From: a virus
IMG/VR virus record: IMGVR_UViG_3300043251_000023
Location: 9,544-73,543 of that record
Length of the DNA: 64,000 nucleotides
Direction: 5' to 3' (one strand)
In this document: positions 26,756-35,859 of the stretch, piece after piece
Layout: each line of letters begins with the position of its first letter
Numbering within the stretch: position 1 is the first letter of the stretch
Program-made: the position numbers and the translations under genes
The notes under the pieces: model-generated
Database searches by the model: none
Told to the model about the DNA's origin: nothing
Seen by the model: the letters and a program-made list of their open reading frames with translations, nothing else

Positions 26756-27265
26756 ATGCCCATACTTCATCTCGGCGTGATCGACATTGCGTACATTGCG
26801 CCGCAGCCTACTGGCCCGCAGCGGAAAGCGCCGAAGCGTGTCCCGAAGAAGCCGCGGGCAAAAATCCACGCGAGATGGCGGGCAAAGTACGCAAACCTGA
26901 CGACTGGCGACGTGGCTGAGATACTCGAGGCCAAATATCATATCTTTCAAAATTTCTACCAGATCCACGAGCAGGACGTAGCGAACGACGTGACCGATTC
27001 AATGCAGGGCGCGGTCGAGAGTTATCTCATGGGCGCGCCGCTGAACCTCAATCCGTTCGGCTCGGCAACGTCGTCGATTGAGAACCGGATGAAGCAGTTC
27101 TTGGCGAACAGCGAGATGGAAAAGATCGGCTTCCCCGGCGTGCCGACGCAGGCGGCGCTCGAAGGTTTTAATCCGCGGTTCAAGAATCCGCGCACCGGCG
27201 TTCGCAGACCGTCGTTCATAGCGACAGGCTTGCTACAGGCGTCGATGACGGCGTGGGTGGACTGA
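26756..27265 (+). CDS. neck/tail completion protein
   Basis: LHLGVIDIAY...TGDVAEILEAKY...RPSFIATGLLQAS. Confidence 0.7.
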   Translation: MPILHLGVIDIAYIAPQPTGPQRKAPKRVPKKPRAKIHARWRAKYANLTTGDVAEILEAKYHIFQNFYQIHEQDVANDVTDSMQGAVESYLMGAPLNLNPFGSATSSIENRMKQFLANSEMEKIGFPGVPTQAALEGFNPRFKNPRTGVRRPSFIATGLLQASMTAWVD

Positions 27266-27266
27266 C

Positions 27267-28298
27267 ATGGCCGGCGCACAGGAGGCCCTCACCGCGAAGA
27301 ACCCGATGGCCGCCGATCTGGCGGCCGGGGTCGAAGCCTTATCGCGCGTCCAGGAGATCACGTTCACGCGGTACATCCGGCTCGTGTTGCCTATCGATGG
27401 ATTCGTATTTTGGGTGAACGCTTCAATCGTCAGCCGGTCGGCGCTGGTAAATGCAGCCCTCGTGAACAAGGTAGAGCCGAATCAGTCTCCCGAAACGGTC
27501 GTCGATGCGCCGACGTTCAATGCCAAAGGATCGCTGCACTACGCGACGGACCTGCGGCAGGAGGCCGGCGAGTATTACGGCGCGGAGCGGATGGTCTTCA
27601 CGGCCGAAGAGCCGGTGAACGATCTTTCGGCCATTGCGCCGGGGACGCTGTGGATTGGCGAGTTTGAGGGCAAGCGGTTTGCGTTCTCGAGCCGGTCGTC
27701 GTTCTACATGCAGTCCGATCTTTTTCACTACGTCGGGTTTGCGGTTTATCCGGACATGGAGACGCAGATTATCGACGACCTCTCGGGCTTCGACTCGACG
27801 AACGTGATCGTCTCCAACAGCCTCCCGGCGTGGCTGGCGCTCAACGGCCGCAACCCGGTCTATGGCTTCAACACGCTCGGGATCACGCTTTTCCCGTCGT
27901 TCCTGTCCCCGCAGAACGAGCCGCCGCCGTTCGGAACGGTCGACATCCCGCCGGAGTCCACTGAGGCTTTGGCGTCGGCGCCGACGATTGACCCGGCAAC
28001 CTCGACGCATGTCCAGCTTTGCGCGGAGACGGTCAAGATCACGCTATGGGGCACGCGGAATTTCAGGGCGCTCGATTTTGTCGATGCCGTCTATCAGTAC
28101 AGTTCCGACTTTGAGCCGTTCGGGATTATGAACATGCCGGTGGTGCAGGACGAGAAACGGACGCAAGCCGAGCTCGGGACCATTGCGATGAAGAAGTCCG
28201 TGACTTTCAAGGTGAGCTATTTGCAGAACCGCATAAACGACATCGCGCGGCAGTACATCGCCAGCGCGATCCCTTCGTTCTACATCGGCAAAGCCTAG
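27267..28298 (+). CDS. head closure/tail terminator-like protein
   Basis: Position; RLVLPIDGFVFW, VSNSLPAWL, FGIMNMP. Confidence 0.7.
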   Translation: MAGAQEALTAKNPMAADLAAGVEALSRVQEITFTRYIRLVLPIDGFVFWVNASIVSRSALVNAALVNKVEPNQSPETVVDAPTFNAKGSLHYATDLRQEAGEYYGAERMVFTAEEPVNDLSAIAPGTLWIGEFEGKRFAFSSRSSFYMQSDLFHYVGFAVYPDMETQIIDDLSGFDSTNVIVSNSLPAWLALNGRNPVYGFNTLGITLFPSFLSPQNEPPPFGTVDIPPESTEALASAPTIDPATSTHVQLCAETVKITLWGTRNFRALDFVDAVYQYSSDFEPFGIMNMPVVQDEKRTQAELGTIAMKKSVTFKVSYLQNRINDIARQYIASAIPSFYIGKA

Positions 28299-28348
28299 CT
28301 TGTGGTTTCCCCGGCCGGCGCGGTATCCTTGCCGAAGGGGTTGCCGTC

Positions 28349-29149
28349 ATGGACATTGCTGATCCGACGAACGTCGTCGCGCCCGCCTATCTCGGGGCGA
28401 TGTGGTTTGATTCCGCTTCCAACGTTTTTTATCAGGCGCGCGGACTCACTGCGGCTGACTGGGTCTTCGTCCCGCCGGCGGACATGGTCGGGTCGTTCGT
28501 TAAGATTTACGACCAGTTCTACGGGCTTCCCGAAGACGACCCCAAGAACGCCGATGCCGCAACCAGATACGGCGACGCCAAACTCGTTCGGGATACGATG
28601 GCGCTGTCCGGTGTCGAGGTCCTTGGGCTTGGGGGTCTGCGCTGGCGCGCGGCGAGCGGGACCGAGGTCTTCCAGGTCCGGCTTCACTTTCACAAGGTCG
28701 ATGGGTTTATGCTGTTCGCCGGCTTTGCCAAGGAGGCGCGGGCCTATGCGATGCCATCCGGTGTCGGGTTCGAAATGTCGAACGGATTCCTGCGGTTCAA
28801 TGGCAACAGCAAGGAAATCGCGCCGGGCGAGATCGTCATCTTACGAATCGAGGGGGCAGTCCATTCTGCCAAGGCGTTCGTCAACGACGAGCCGCTCGGA
28901 AAGGTCACGGTCACGGAGGTCCCGCCGATCCCCATCGTCGCACTTTTCGACGTCGGCCCCGGCCCGCGGCCTGTGGCGCCGGGATATGAACACGCGCTAA
29001 AGCGGAATGTGGAGCGATCACGAGATTCAGCGGTCAATGTTGGCGCGCCGCTGGACGGACAATCAAAGCGCCGACCTTTTTCGGAGATAGAACCCGATGA
29101 GCGACCAAGAAGTGAAGGCCATGATCACCAAGGCGGCCAAGGCCGATAA
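28349..29149 (+). CDS. hypothetical protein; C-terminus runs into an inserted unit
   Basis: Long ORF; N-terminal P..LG.MWFD...YQA....DW motif like fibre segments. Confidence 0.55.
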   Translation: MDIADPTNVVAPAYLGAMWFDSASNVFYQARGLTAADWVFVPPADMVGSFVKIYDQFYGLPEDDPKNADAATRYGDAKLVRDTMALSGVEVLGLGGLRWRAASGTEVFQVRLHFHKVDGFMLFAGFAKEARAYAMPSGVGFEMSNGFLRFNGNSKEIAPGEIVILRIEGAVHSAKAFVNDEPLGKVTVTEVPPIPIVALFDVGPGPRPVAPGYEHALKRNVERSRDSAVNVGAPLDGQSKRRPFSEIEPDERPRSEGHDHQGGQGR

Positions 29150-29246
29150 GTCGGATGACGCCTTGCGATTCTCTCAGGCGGCCTGCAATGCCGCAAATGC
29201 GATGTGTTCGCTGGCGAGCGCGAGCAAAATCAAAACCGAAAAGTGA
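29097..29246 (+). CDS. small conserved phage protein (49 aa, ALRFSQAACNAANA)
   Basis: GGAG SD; followed by GC hairpin 29253-29279. Confidence 0.7.
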   Translation: MSDQEVKAMITKAAKADKSDDALRFSQAACNAANAMCSLASASKIKTEK

Positions 29247-29297
29247 AACGAAGGGGCCGCTCTCCGTTGGGGCGGCCCCGCCCAATCGGTGCAGGGA

Positions 29298-30242
29298 ATG
29301 ATCCAGCACGGCATCAAGCGGCGGATGGTGATCGCCGTCCCGGCCTGGGGCGACTACGTCAAGGTCTTCCTCGGTCCCGTTTTGCGCAGCCATAGGGCGG
29401 CCATAGCCGAGCTTCAGCGCGAGACAGGCGGGACGGTCGATATTCGGTACGTCGTCATGACGGACGCACCGGAGGCCGTTGCTAGGGCACTAGGGGGCTA
29501 TCCGCTGACCCTCGTTCCGCTGCCGGCGTCGTCGGGGTTGGTGTTCCAAACTCTGTGCGACGGCCACCGGGAAGCCATAGAGGCGGCCCGGGAGGGCGAC
29601 CGGGTCGTTTTACTGAACGCCGACATCATGGTTTCGACCGGCGCCTTCGCGGCTATCGAGCGCGCCTTTCGCCGCGGCAAGCGGGCGGTCGTCTGCGGCG
29701 GCACCCGGACGCTGCTCCGGCCTTGGCATCGCTACCCGCCACCGCTGCCCGGCCGCGCGTTGGCCTGGTGGGCGTACCAGCACGCGCACCCGATCACGAA
29801 GCTCATGTTCTGGGGCACCGGAACAACCGGCTATCCGTGCACGGTCTATTTCAGGAAGGGCGACAACGTCGTCCTGAGAGGATTCCACATTCACCCGATC
29901 GCCATCGTCAAGGACCGCGATCTTCCGTTCTCAGGCTCGATCGACCTGAACCTGATGGACAACTATCGCTTCGAGGAGACGCATCTCGTCACTGATTCGG
30001 CCGAACTGGCGATCGCGGAAATCTCGGCGGAGTGGAAGAAGCACGACGATTCCGGGCGGCCTTTCGACGTCGCGACAATCACGGAGTGGGCGATCAGGGG
30101 AGCACGATCATCGCACTGGTGGAATTTCCGCCATCGTATTATGATCGCCGGCGACGCGGAGGCCGACGCAGGGGACACAGCGGTCGCCGAGGAAGTTCTA
30201 AGGCTCTGTCCCTATACCGCTGCCCTCAAGGCGGCGCTCTGA
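29298..30242 (+). CDS. putative GT-A-fold glycosyltransferase-like protein (paralog 2)
   Basis: IAVPAWGDY, LLNAD, FHIHPIAIVKDRDL..SID align with the 19198 protein. Confidence 0.55.
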   Translation: MIQHGIKRRMVIAVPAWGDYVKVFLGPVLRSHRAAIAELQRETGGTVDIRYVVMTDAPEAVARALGGYPLTLVPLPASSGLVFQTLCDGHREAIEAAREGDRVVLLNADIMVSTGAFAAIERAFRRGKRAVVCGGTRTLLRPWHRYPPPLPGRALAWWAYQHAHPITKLMFWGTGTTGYPCTVYFRKGDNVVLRGFHIHPIAIVKDRDLPFSGSIDLNLMDNYRFEETHLVTDSAELAIAEISAEWKKHDDSGRPFDVATITEWAIRGARSSHWWNFRHRIMIAGDAEADAGDTAVAEEVLRLCPYTAALKAAL

Positions 30243-30260
30243 CACAGAGGAACTGCCGCC

Positions 30261-30560
30261 ATGCCGCAAGGCCCCATTCAAACCTTCGATTTCACGGATG
30301 GCAACAAGGTTGCCTTCAACGTCAACCAGCCGATTGCGCTGTCCGGCAGAATGCTCGCCAGCATCAACGTGGTCACGGCCGGGACCGGCGTCGGCACGAT
30401 CTACGACTCGGCGTCGACGGCGAACTGCACCACGGCGAACGCGGTCTGCCCGATCCCTGACACTGCCGGCGGTGTCTCCGTGGCCCTCGGTATTCCGGTG
30501 CAGAACGGCATCACGATTCAGCCCGGCGCGGGGCAGATGCTCACGGTGGTCTACCGCTAA
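30261..30560 (+). CDS. small beta-sandwich virion decoration-like protein (paralog A2)
   Basis: NVNQP...GTIYDS...GITIQPGAGQ..TVVY. Confidence 0.7.
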   Translation: MPQGPIQTFDFTDGNKVAFNVNQPIALSGRMLASINVVTAGTGVGTIYDSASTANCTTANAVCPIPDTAGGVSVALGIPVQNGITIQPGAGQMLTVVYR

Positions 30561-30599
30561 CGCGGCTTCTGATTCGCCCTCGAAGGGAAGGCCGCCGAT

Positions 30600-32246
30600 A
30601 TGTCGAATCCCATAGTTTCCGTAGCGGTGAGCGTACAGATTGCGCCGTCGCCGTCGACGCTGCAAAAGCAAGGCGCCTTCATCTCGCAGGGGTCTACGAA
30701 CACGTCCCCGGGAACGATGTCGCTGCTGACGCAGTATTCGGGGCTCGCATCTTTGCTCAAGGGCGCGCTGGCGATCTCATCGCTGACCTATGCGGGAGGG
30801 ACGATCACGGCGATCACGGCGACCCCGCACGGCTTCGCTATCGGCGACACGATCGAACTGACCATCGCGGCCGCGGCCCCGTCCGGCTACAACGGCACGT
30901 TCCTCTGCCAGATCACCGGCACGTCGTCCTTCGCCTACGTCGTCCCGTCGAACCCCGGCGCCAACACCGCGCCCGGCACGTACACCGAGGAGGACGTCGC
31001 CGAGCTCGTCGCGATGGCGACCACGTTCTTCGCGCAGGGTTCCGCGCAGGCAGTCTCCGTCCTTGAACTTGGGCCCGGCAACGCCTCCGACGGCGTGACC
31101 TTCCTGACGGCCTGGATCGCCGCGAACCCCGGGACGTTCTATTCCTTCCTCGTTCCCCGCTACTGGGACGGGAACGCCTCGTTCCTGACGATGCTCGGCA
31201 ACTTCAACGCCACGACGGCGAAGGTCTACTTCTTCGTCACGACGACGCTTGCCACCTACGGGCTCTACACGTCGCTCCAGAAGTGCTGCGTGCCCCTGAT
31301 CGAGGCGCCGGCCTACGGCGCGTGGGCGGCGAACGCTCTGACCGCACTGTCCTTCAGCGCCGGCTCCGGGGCGGGCAACGTCACCGCGACGACCACGACG
31401 GCCCATGGCGTCCTGCCGGGGCAGTATTTCACGATCTCGGGCTGCGTCCCTGCGGGCTACAACGGGACCTTCCTGGCGCTGCCCGGCACGACCGGAAGCA
31501 CGCTGGTCTACGCGGTCGCCGCGAACCCCGGACCGGAGACGACGCTCGGCACGCTCGTCGCGAGCCAGTACACGTCGGGCGGCATCCCGGTCACCGAGTT
31601 CAGCCTCGCCTCGGTCTTCTGGGTGACGCTCAACTACAGCCCGTCGTCGACGAACAAGGTGACGCAGCTCAACCAGGCCTTCGTGGTCGGGGTGACGCCG
31701 TTCCCGCTGCAGGGCAACGCGGCGCTTCTGACGACGCTCAATGTCGCCGCGATCAACGTGATCGGCACCGGCGCGCAGGGCGGCATCTCGAACACGCTCG
31801 TCCAGGGCGGTTTCACCAAAGACGGCAATCCGTTCAAGTATTGGTATTCGATCGACTGGGTGCAGATAAACCTCGCGCAGGCGGTCACCGCAGCGATCAT
31901 CAACGGCGCGAACAACCCGCAAAATCCGGTCGACTACAACCAAGCCGGCGTGAACGTCCTCCAGCAGGCGGCGGTGACGACGATGACCACCGGCGTCGGC
32001 GACGGTCTCGTGCTTTACCCGATCAAGGGAACGACGCTCAACGCGGCCTCCTTCCAAGCGGCGCTCGACGCCGGGACCTACAACACAAACACGCTGGTCA
32101 ATGCCGATCCTTTCGCGAGCTACGTGGTCGAAAACCCGAACGACTACGGGCTCGGGCGCTATAACGGCATCTCCGTCGTTTACACGCCGCTGCGAGGGTT
32201 CCAGACCGTGCAGATCAACGTGACCGTCAGCAACTTCGCGGGATGA
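30600..32246 (+). CDS. tail sheath protein (DUF3383-like) with two inserted beta-barrel domains
   Basis: YWYSIDWVQINL, IINGANNP...YNQAG, YTPLRGF; precedes tube. Confidence 0.85.
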   Translation: MSNPIVSVAVSVQIAPSPSTLQKQGAFISQGSTNTSPGTMSLLTQYSGLASLLKGALAISSLTYAGGTITAITATPHGFAIGDTIELTIAAAAPSGYNGTFLCQITGTSSFAYVVPSNPGANTAPGTYTEEDVAELVAMATTFFAQGSAQAVSVLELGPGNASDGVTFLTAWIAANPGTFYSFLVPRYWDGNASFLTMLGNFNATTAKVYFFVTTTLATYGLYTSLQKCCVPLIEAPAYGAWAANALTALSFSAGSGAGNVTATTTTAHGVLPGQYFTISGCVPAGYNGTFLALPGTTGSTLVYAVAANPGPETTLGTLVASQYTSGGIPVTEFSLASVFWVTLNYSPSSTNKVTQLNQAFVVGVTPFPLQGNAALLTTLNVAAINVIGTGAQGGISNTLVQGGFTKDGNPFKYWYSIDWVQINLAQAVTAAIINGANNPQNPVDYNQAGVNVLQQAAVTTMTTGVGDGLVLYPIKGTTLNAASFQAALDAGTYNTNTLVNADPFASYVVENPNDYGLGRYNGISVVYTPLRGFQTVQINVTVSNFAG

Positions 32247-32257
32247 GGAACTGAAAC

Positions 32258-32707
32258 ATGGCTGGCAGCGGCAATCCCCTCATTGCGCAGGGCTTCCTCA
32301 ACAGGGTTCGAGGTTCCACGGTTTGGGCGAATTTTCCCGCGCTGAACGTCACCGCTCCCTATCTCGATAAAGAGGGCATCAACCTTCGGCTCGAAGGCGA
32401 GATGTCGATGCAGCACGGCACGATGTCCGGACTCGTTCAGTCGCCGGAACCATACGTCCCGGTGTCCGTCGTCATCGCGCTGTTGAAGACGCAATCCTTG
32501 TCCGACTCATACAAGGCGCAGTTTGAGACAAACTCCGTGCTAGGACCGGGCACCGTGTGGCCGGACGTGTCGAGCGGCCTATCGCAATTCAACCTTCACA
32601 ACATGTCGATCCAGAGTGTCGGGGATCTTCTCTTCAACGGCACCACGCCAATCTTCGCGATTACTTGTCGCGGATTTTACGTAGTCAATAATTCCCTGTG
32701 GAATTAA
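32258..32707 (+). CDS. tail tube protein
   Basis: 149 aa after sheath; NPLIAQGFLNRVRGS, SPEPY, LLKTQ. Confidence 0.8.
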   Translation: MAGSGNPLIAQGFLNRVRGSTVWANFPALNVTAPYLDKEGINLRLEGEMSMQHGTMSGLVQSPEPYVPVSVVIALLKTQSLSDSYKAQFETNSVLGPGTVWPDVSSGLSQFNLHNMSIQSVGDLLFNGTTPIFAITCRGFYVVNNSLWN

Positions 32708-32741
32708 AGGCTTACGCGACTAAATCAACAGGGGTCTTCCT

Positions 32742-33446
32742 TTGCGCATTGATCGCCGCTTGAACCTCGTCGTGCCGGTTTACGGCGAGGAAGTCCCAAA
32801 GCTCGACGCCGACGGCAAGCCGGTGATGGAAAACGGCGAGCCAGTGATGGATCGGCCAGTGATCGCGCAGGTTCACTCGACGCCGCTACCGGCCGAAGTC
32901 GTCGACCGCTATTTCATGATCCTGGCGCAGACGTTCTCCGCGATCTTCTCGAATGGCCTTGGAGTCCTCGGCGGCCCAGCGGTGGCGATGAAGCTGCTGC
33001 GATCGCTCTCGCGGGATCAGAAGATATGGGACGACGACCCGCGCACCGGTCTGGTGGGCGTCAAGAAGGGCGTCGTCGACGAGATCGAACGCCTGACGAC
33101 GGTGAACGTCCCGGACGGTTCTGGATGGACGCCGGTCCCCTTGGCGATCGCGGTGGAGCGAAACTTCATCTCCGAGGAGGACAAGGCGGAGGTCGAGAAC
33201 GCCATCGTTTTTTTTATTGTCGGTTCGGCCACGCTCGCGCGCGCGCAGCGCAAGGAGATGCTGACGGCGGCTGCGGGTCTGTGGGGTGCGCGAACGTCGC
33301 CGTTGAGCTCTACGGAGTTCACGGATTCCTTGAAGACGTCGACCGGGACCGTCAGTTCTGGCGAGAAGTCCCCTGCTCCTGCGCCAAGCGCGCCCGGACC
33401 TGCGAATGCGATGGTGGACGGGAAACCTGCGTCGCTGCCAGTCTGA
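32742..33446 (+). CDS. tail assembly chaperone (0-frame product)
   Basis: Between tube and tape measure; slippery T8 run at 33208-33215. Confidence 0.75.
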   Translation: MRIDRRLNLVVPVYGEEVPKLDADGKPVMENGEPVMDRPVIAQVHSTPLPAEVVDRYFMILAQTFSAIFSNGLGVLGGPAVAMKLLRSLSRDQKIWDDDPRTGLVGVKKGVVDEIERLTTVNVPDGSGWTPVPLAIAVERNFISEEDKAEVENAIVFFIVGSATLARAQRKEMLTAAAGLWGARTSPLSSTEFTDSLKTSTGTVSSGEKSPAPAPSAPGPANAMVDGKPASLPV

Positions 33447-33568
33447 CCTTCGCCGCCGGGGAAGGCTTCGCGGAGTTTGTGAGCGAGGTCGAGGGCTTCC
33501 GGTACGCGACCGCGGCGGAATGGCGTGATAGGCTGCTCCTCGCTCTCCTGATGAAGAAGGGGACGTGA
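33209..33568 (+). CDS. -1 frameshift extension of the tail assembly chaperone
   Basis: T TTT TTT heptamer in the correct phase; -1 frame open to 33568. Confidence 0.7.
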   Translation, partial: FFYCRFGHARARAAQGDADGGCGSVGCANVAVELYGVHGFLEDVDRDRQFWREVPCSCAKRARTCECDGGRETCVAASLTFAAGEGFAEFVSEVEGFRYATAAEWRDRLLLALLMKKGT

Positions 33569-33569
33569 C

Positions 33570-33851
33570 GTGGGAAGCCGCCTGCCATTCATCGGCGCGC
33601 GCTACGAACGCAACTGGCCGACAAAATGGCCGGCGCCGGTTGAAGGTTTACCCGTCCGCGTGACGATCTTGAACAACGCCGCCCCGCTCTATTTTGGCTG
33701 CGAGCCGTGCGTCTTGGTTCTGATGCCCTGGGATTTTCCTTGGCCCGAGCCGGAGTGGCGAACGACGGATAAAGTGCGCCTTCCTCTTGATCGTTTTCTA
33801 AGCGAATATCACCCGATAGAAAACGTCGTGGCGCTGCGCGAGGAGGCTTAA
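33570..33851 (+). CDS. hypothetical protein
   Basis: Fills the gap between chaperone and tape measure. Confidence 0.55.
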   Translation: MGSRLPFIGARYERNWPTKWPAPVEGLPVRVTILNNAAPLYFGCEPCVLVLMPWDFPWPEPEWRTTDKVRLPLDRFLSEYHPIENVVALREEA

Positions 33852-35525
33852 ATTCCTGTAAAATCGCTGATCGACATCGACTTGAACGATCAGAAGTTCG
33901 TCGCTTTCAAAAAGCTGCACGATCAATACACGGCCGCACTCGCGAAGGCCCCGGCCCAATGGTCTATGGTCAATGCTGCAATCGGAAAGACCACAGAATC
34001 GACGCGCAAGCAGTTGACGGTCACCCGCCAACTCGCGGCGGAAGCGGCCAAGGTCCCGGCGTCGCTCGAAGCCGCGGTCGTGAAGTGGACGGCAATCGAC
34101 CGAATCACCCGGAACGTCGCGGGGACGGTCGGCTCGATCGCGCAGTCGATCTTCCGCATCGGGGCGGTGACCGGCGTGGTTGGGGGTCTGTTGGGGCTGG
34201 GAGGCCTCTTCGGCATCGATCGGATGGCCTATGGCGTCGCGGCGGGGCGGCGCTCATCGCTCGGCCTAGGCCTCGGCTACGGCCCGCAGCAGTCCTTTGG
34301 CGCGAACTTCGGCCGGCTGGTCGATCCCGAGTCGTTCCTGTCCGCCGTCGCCGGGGCGAAGTTCGACGTTAACCAAAGGGTCGGCCTCCTCGGCGCCGGG
34401 CTGACGCAGGCTCAAATTAACGGCGATACCGCGCAGACCGCCGTCGCGTTGCTCGACAACCTTAAACGGATCGCCGACACCACCAATCCGGCTCTTTACG
34501 GTCAAGTCATCCAAGCCCGCAGGATGGGAAATTTCGTTTCCACCGAAGACTTGAACCGCCTCCACCAGACATCGGCGGCTGAATATCAGCAGGTGCGCGC
34601 AGGGTTTTACGCGAACGTCGGGAAGAACAACGTTCCCGGAGACGTACTCAAGGGCTGGCAGGACTTCACGACGCAGTTACAGAACGCCGGCAACTCGATC
34701 TTCAACACGTTCGTTCGGGGATTGGCCCCGCTCGCTCCGGGTCTGACGCGGCTGTCGGACGCGGCCGAAAAGACAATCCACAGCTTCATGGCGTCGCCCG
34801 CGCTCGGGGATTGGATCAAGAAGGTCGACGTCGGGCTCGAGAAGTTCGCCGGCTACGTCGGCACGCCGGAATTTCAGAAGAGCGTCGAATCGTTCGTCGA
34901 GGGACTTTCGAAACTCGCCTCAACGGTATGGCGGTTCGTCCAATGGTTCGGCGGCGGGACGGGCGGTGCGCACGTCGCGGACCGTGCCAAATGGGCGCGG
35001 CTTCACGGTATGGGCCTCGAAACGTCAGGGGAGATGCGCGCGCGCCGGGCGGCCGGAACGGAAACCGCGCTCGGGCAACTCGGCCGCATCTTCGGGATCG
35101 GCGGCGGCACGATGACGATGGATCAGCTCATGGGCGTCGTCCGCAAGTCCGAGGCGAGCGGCGACCAAGCGGTGAGCCCAGCGGGCGCAATCGGCCGCTA
35201 CCAGATCATGCCGGGGACCGGGGCGATGTACGGCGCGAGCCCGCAGCAACTCATGGACCCGGCGACGAACGAGGCGGTGGCGCGGAAGTATCTCGCGTCG
35301 CTGGTCCAGAAGTACCACGGCGACACGCAGAAGGTCTTGGCCGCTTACAACTCCGGGCCGGGACGGGAGGACGCCGTTCTCGCCGGCAAGTCACAGATGC
35401 CGGCGGAGACCGCGCGCTACGTCGACCGCGCAAAGGGGCTTGACGGCTACGCGCCGACGGTGGTGACCATCGAGACCAAGGCCGGGGCCGATGTGGCGGT
35501 CAGTATCAACGGATTGAAAAACTAG
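33852..35525 (+). CDS. tape measure protein with C-terminal lytic transglycosylase (SLT); probable ATT start
   Basis: SEASGDQAVSPAGAIGRYQIMP...LAAYNSGPG; AGGAGG 5 nt before in-frame ATT. Confidence 0.85.
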   Translation: MPVKSLIDIDLNDQKFVAFKKLHDQYTAALAKAPAQWSMVNAAIGKTTESTRKQLTVTRQLAAEAAKVPASLEAAVVKWTAIDRITRNVAGTVGSIAQSIFRIGAVTGVVGGLLGLGGLFGIDRMAYGVAAGRRSSLGLGLGYGPQQSFGANFGRLVDPESFLSAVAGAKFDVNQRVGLLGAGLTQAQINGDTAQTAVALLDNLKRIADTTNPALYGQVIQARRMGNFVSTEDLNRLHQTSAAEYQQVRAGFYANVGKNNVPGDVLKGWQDFTTQLQNAGNSIFNTFVRGLAPLAPGLTRLSDAAEKTIHSFMASPALGDWIKKVDVGLEKFAGYVGTPEFQKSVESFVEGLSKLASTVWRFVQWFGGGTGGAHVADRAKWARLHGMGLETSGEMRARRAAGTETALGQLGRIFGIGGGTMTMDQLMGVVRKSEASGDQAVSPAGAIGRYQIMPGTGAMYGASPQQLMDPATNEAVARKYLASLVQKYHGDTQKVLAAYNSGPGREDAVLAGKSQMPAETARYVDRAKGLDGYAPTVVTIETKAGADVAVSINGLKN

Positions 35526-35803
35526 CCGTTTGGGTGTCTCATCTGGTGGATCGCCTCGCTCCGCTCTTTCAGCCACTTGTCTTTGGCGCGATCCAGCATC
35601 ATCGGATCAAGCGCAAACGCGATGCCTTCGCGTGTGAGCCAGTTCCAGCCGAACTCGGCGTGACAATAGCCAAGTTGGCAAAGCTCACCACGGCCCTGCT
35701 TTGAGGGAATGTCGCCGTCCTCAGTGGGGCCGAATAGGAACAGCTTTTCGAATACTTCCTGCGCGGCGCTCGACATTCCAAAAATAGTTTCACGAACGGT
35801 CAT
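35522..35803 (-). CDS. hypothetical protein (antisense moron)
   Basis: CAACAGGGAG leader; DGDIPSKQGRGEL motif. Confidence 0.7.
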   Translation of the reverse strand: MTVRETIFGMSSAAQEVFEKLFLFGPTEDGDIPSKQGRGELCQLGYCHAEFGWNWLTREGIAFALDPMMLDRAKDKWLKERSEAIHQMRHPNG

Positions 35804-35859
35804 GTGCGATTCTCCCTGTTGCGTGCTAAGGATAGCGCGACCGTTCCGAGGACGCCACC

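Noticed and set aside
30777-32164. Long alternative-frame and antisense ORFs (e.g. 30777..32057, 31283..32164, 42058..43266, 21084..21959)
   Set aside because: Arg/Gly/Pro-rich shadows of high-GC3 genes with no motifs or SD.
32298-32306. Extra TCAACAGGG copy
   Set aside because: Inside the tail tube CDS (LNRV codons) with no downstream start; likely coincidental.
33208-33215. T8 run as sequencing error or pseudogene
   Set aside because: Both frames remain open and the position matches the conserved tail-chaperone frameshift context.
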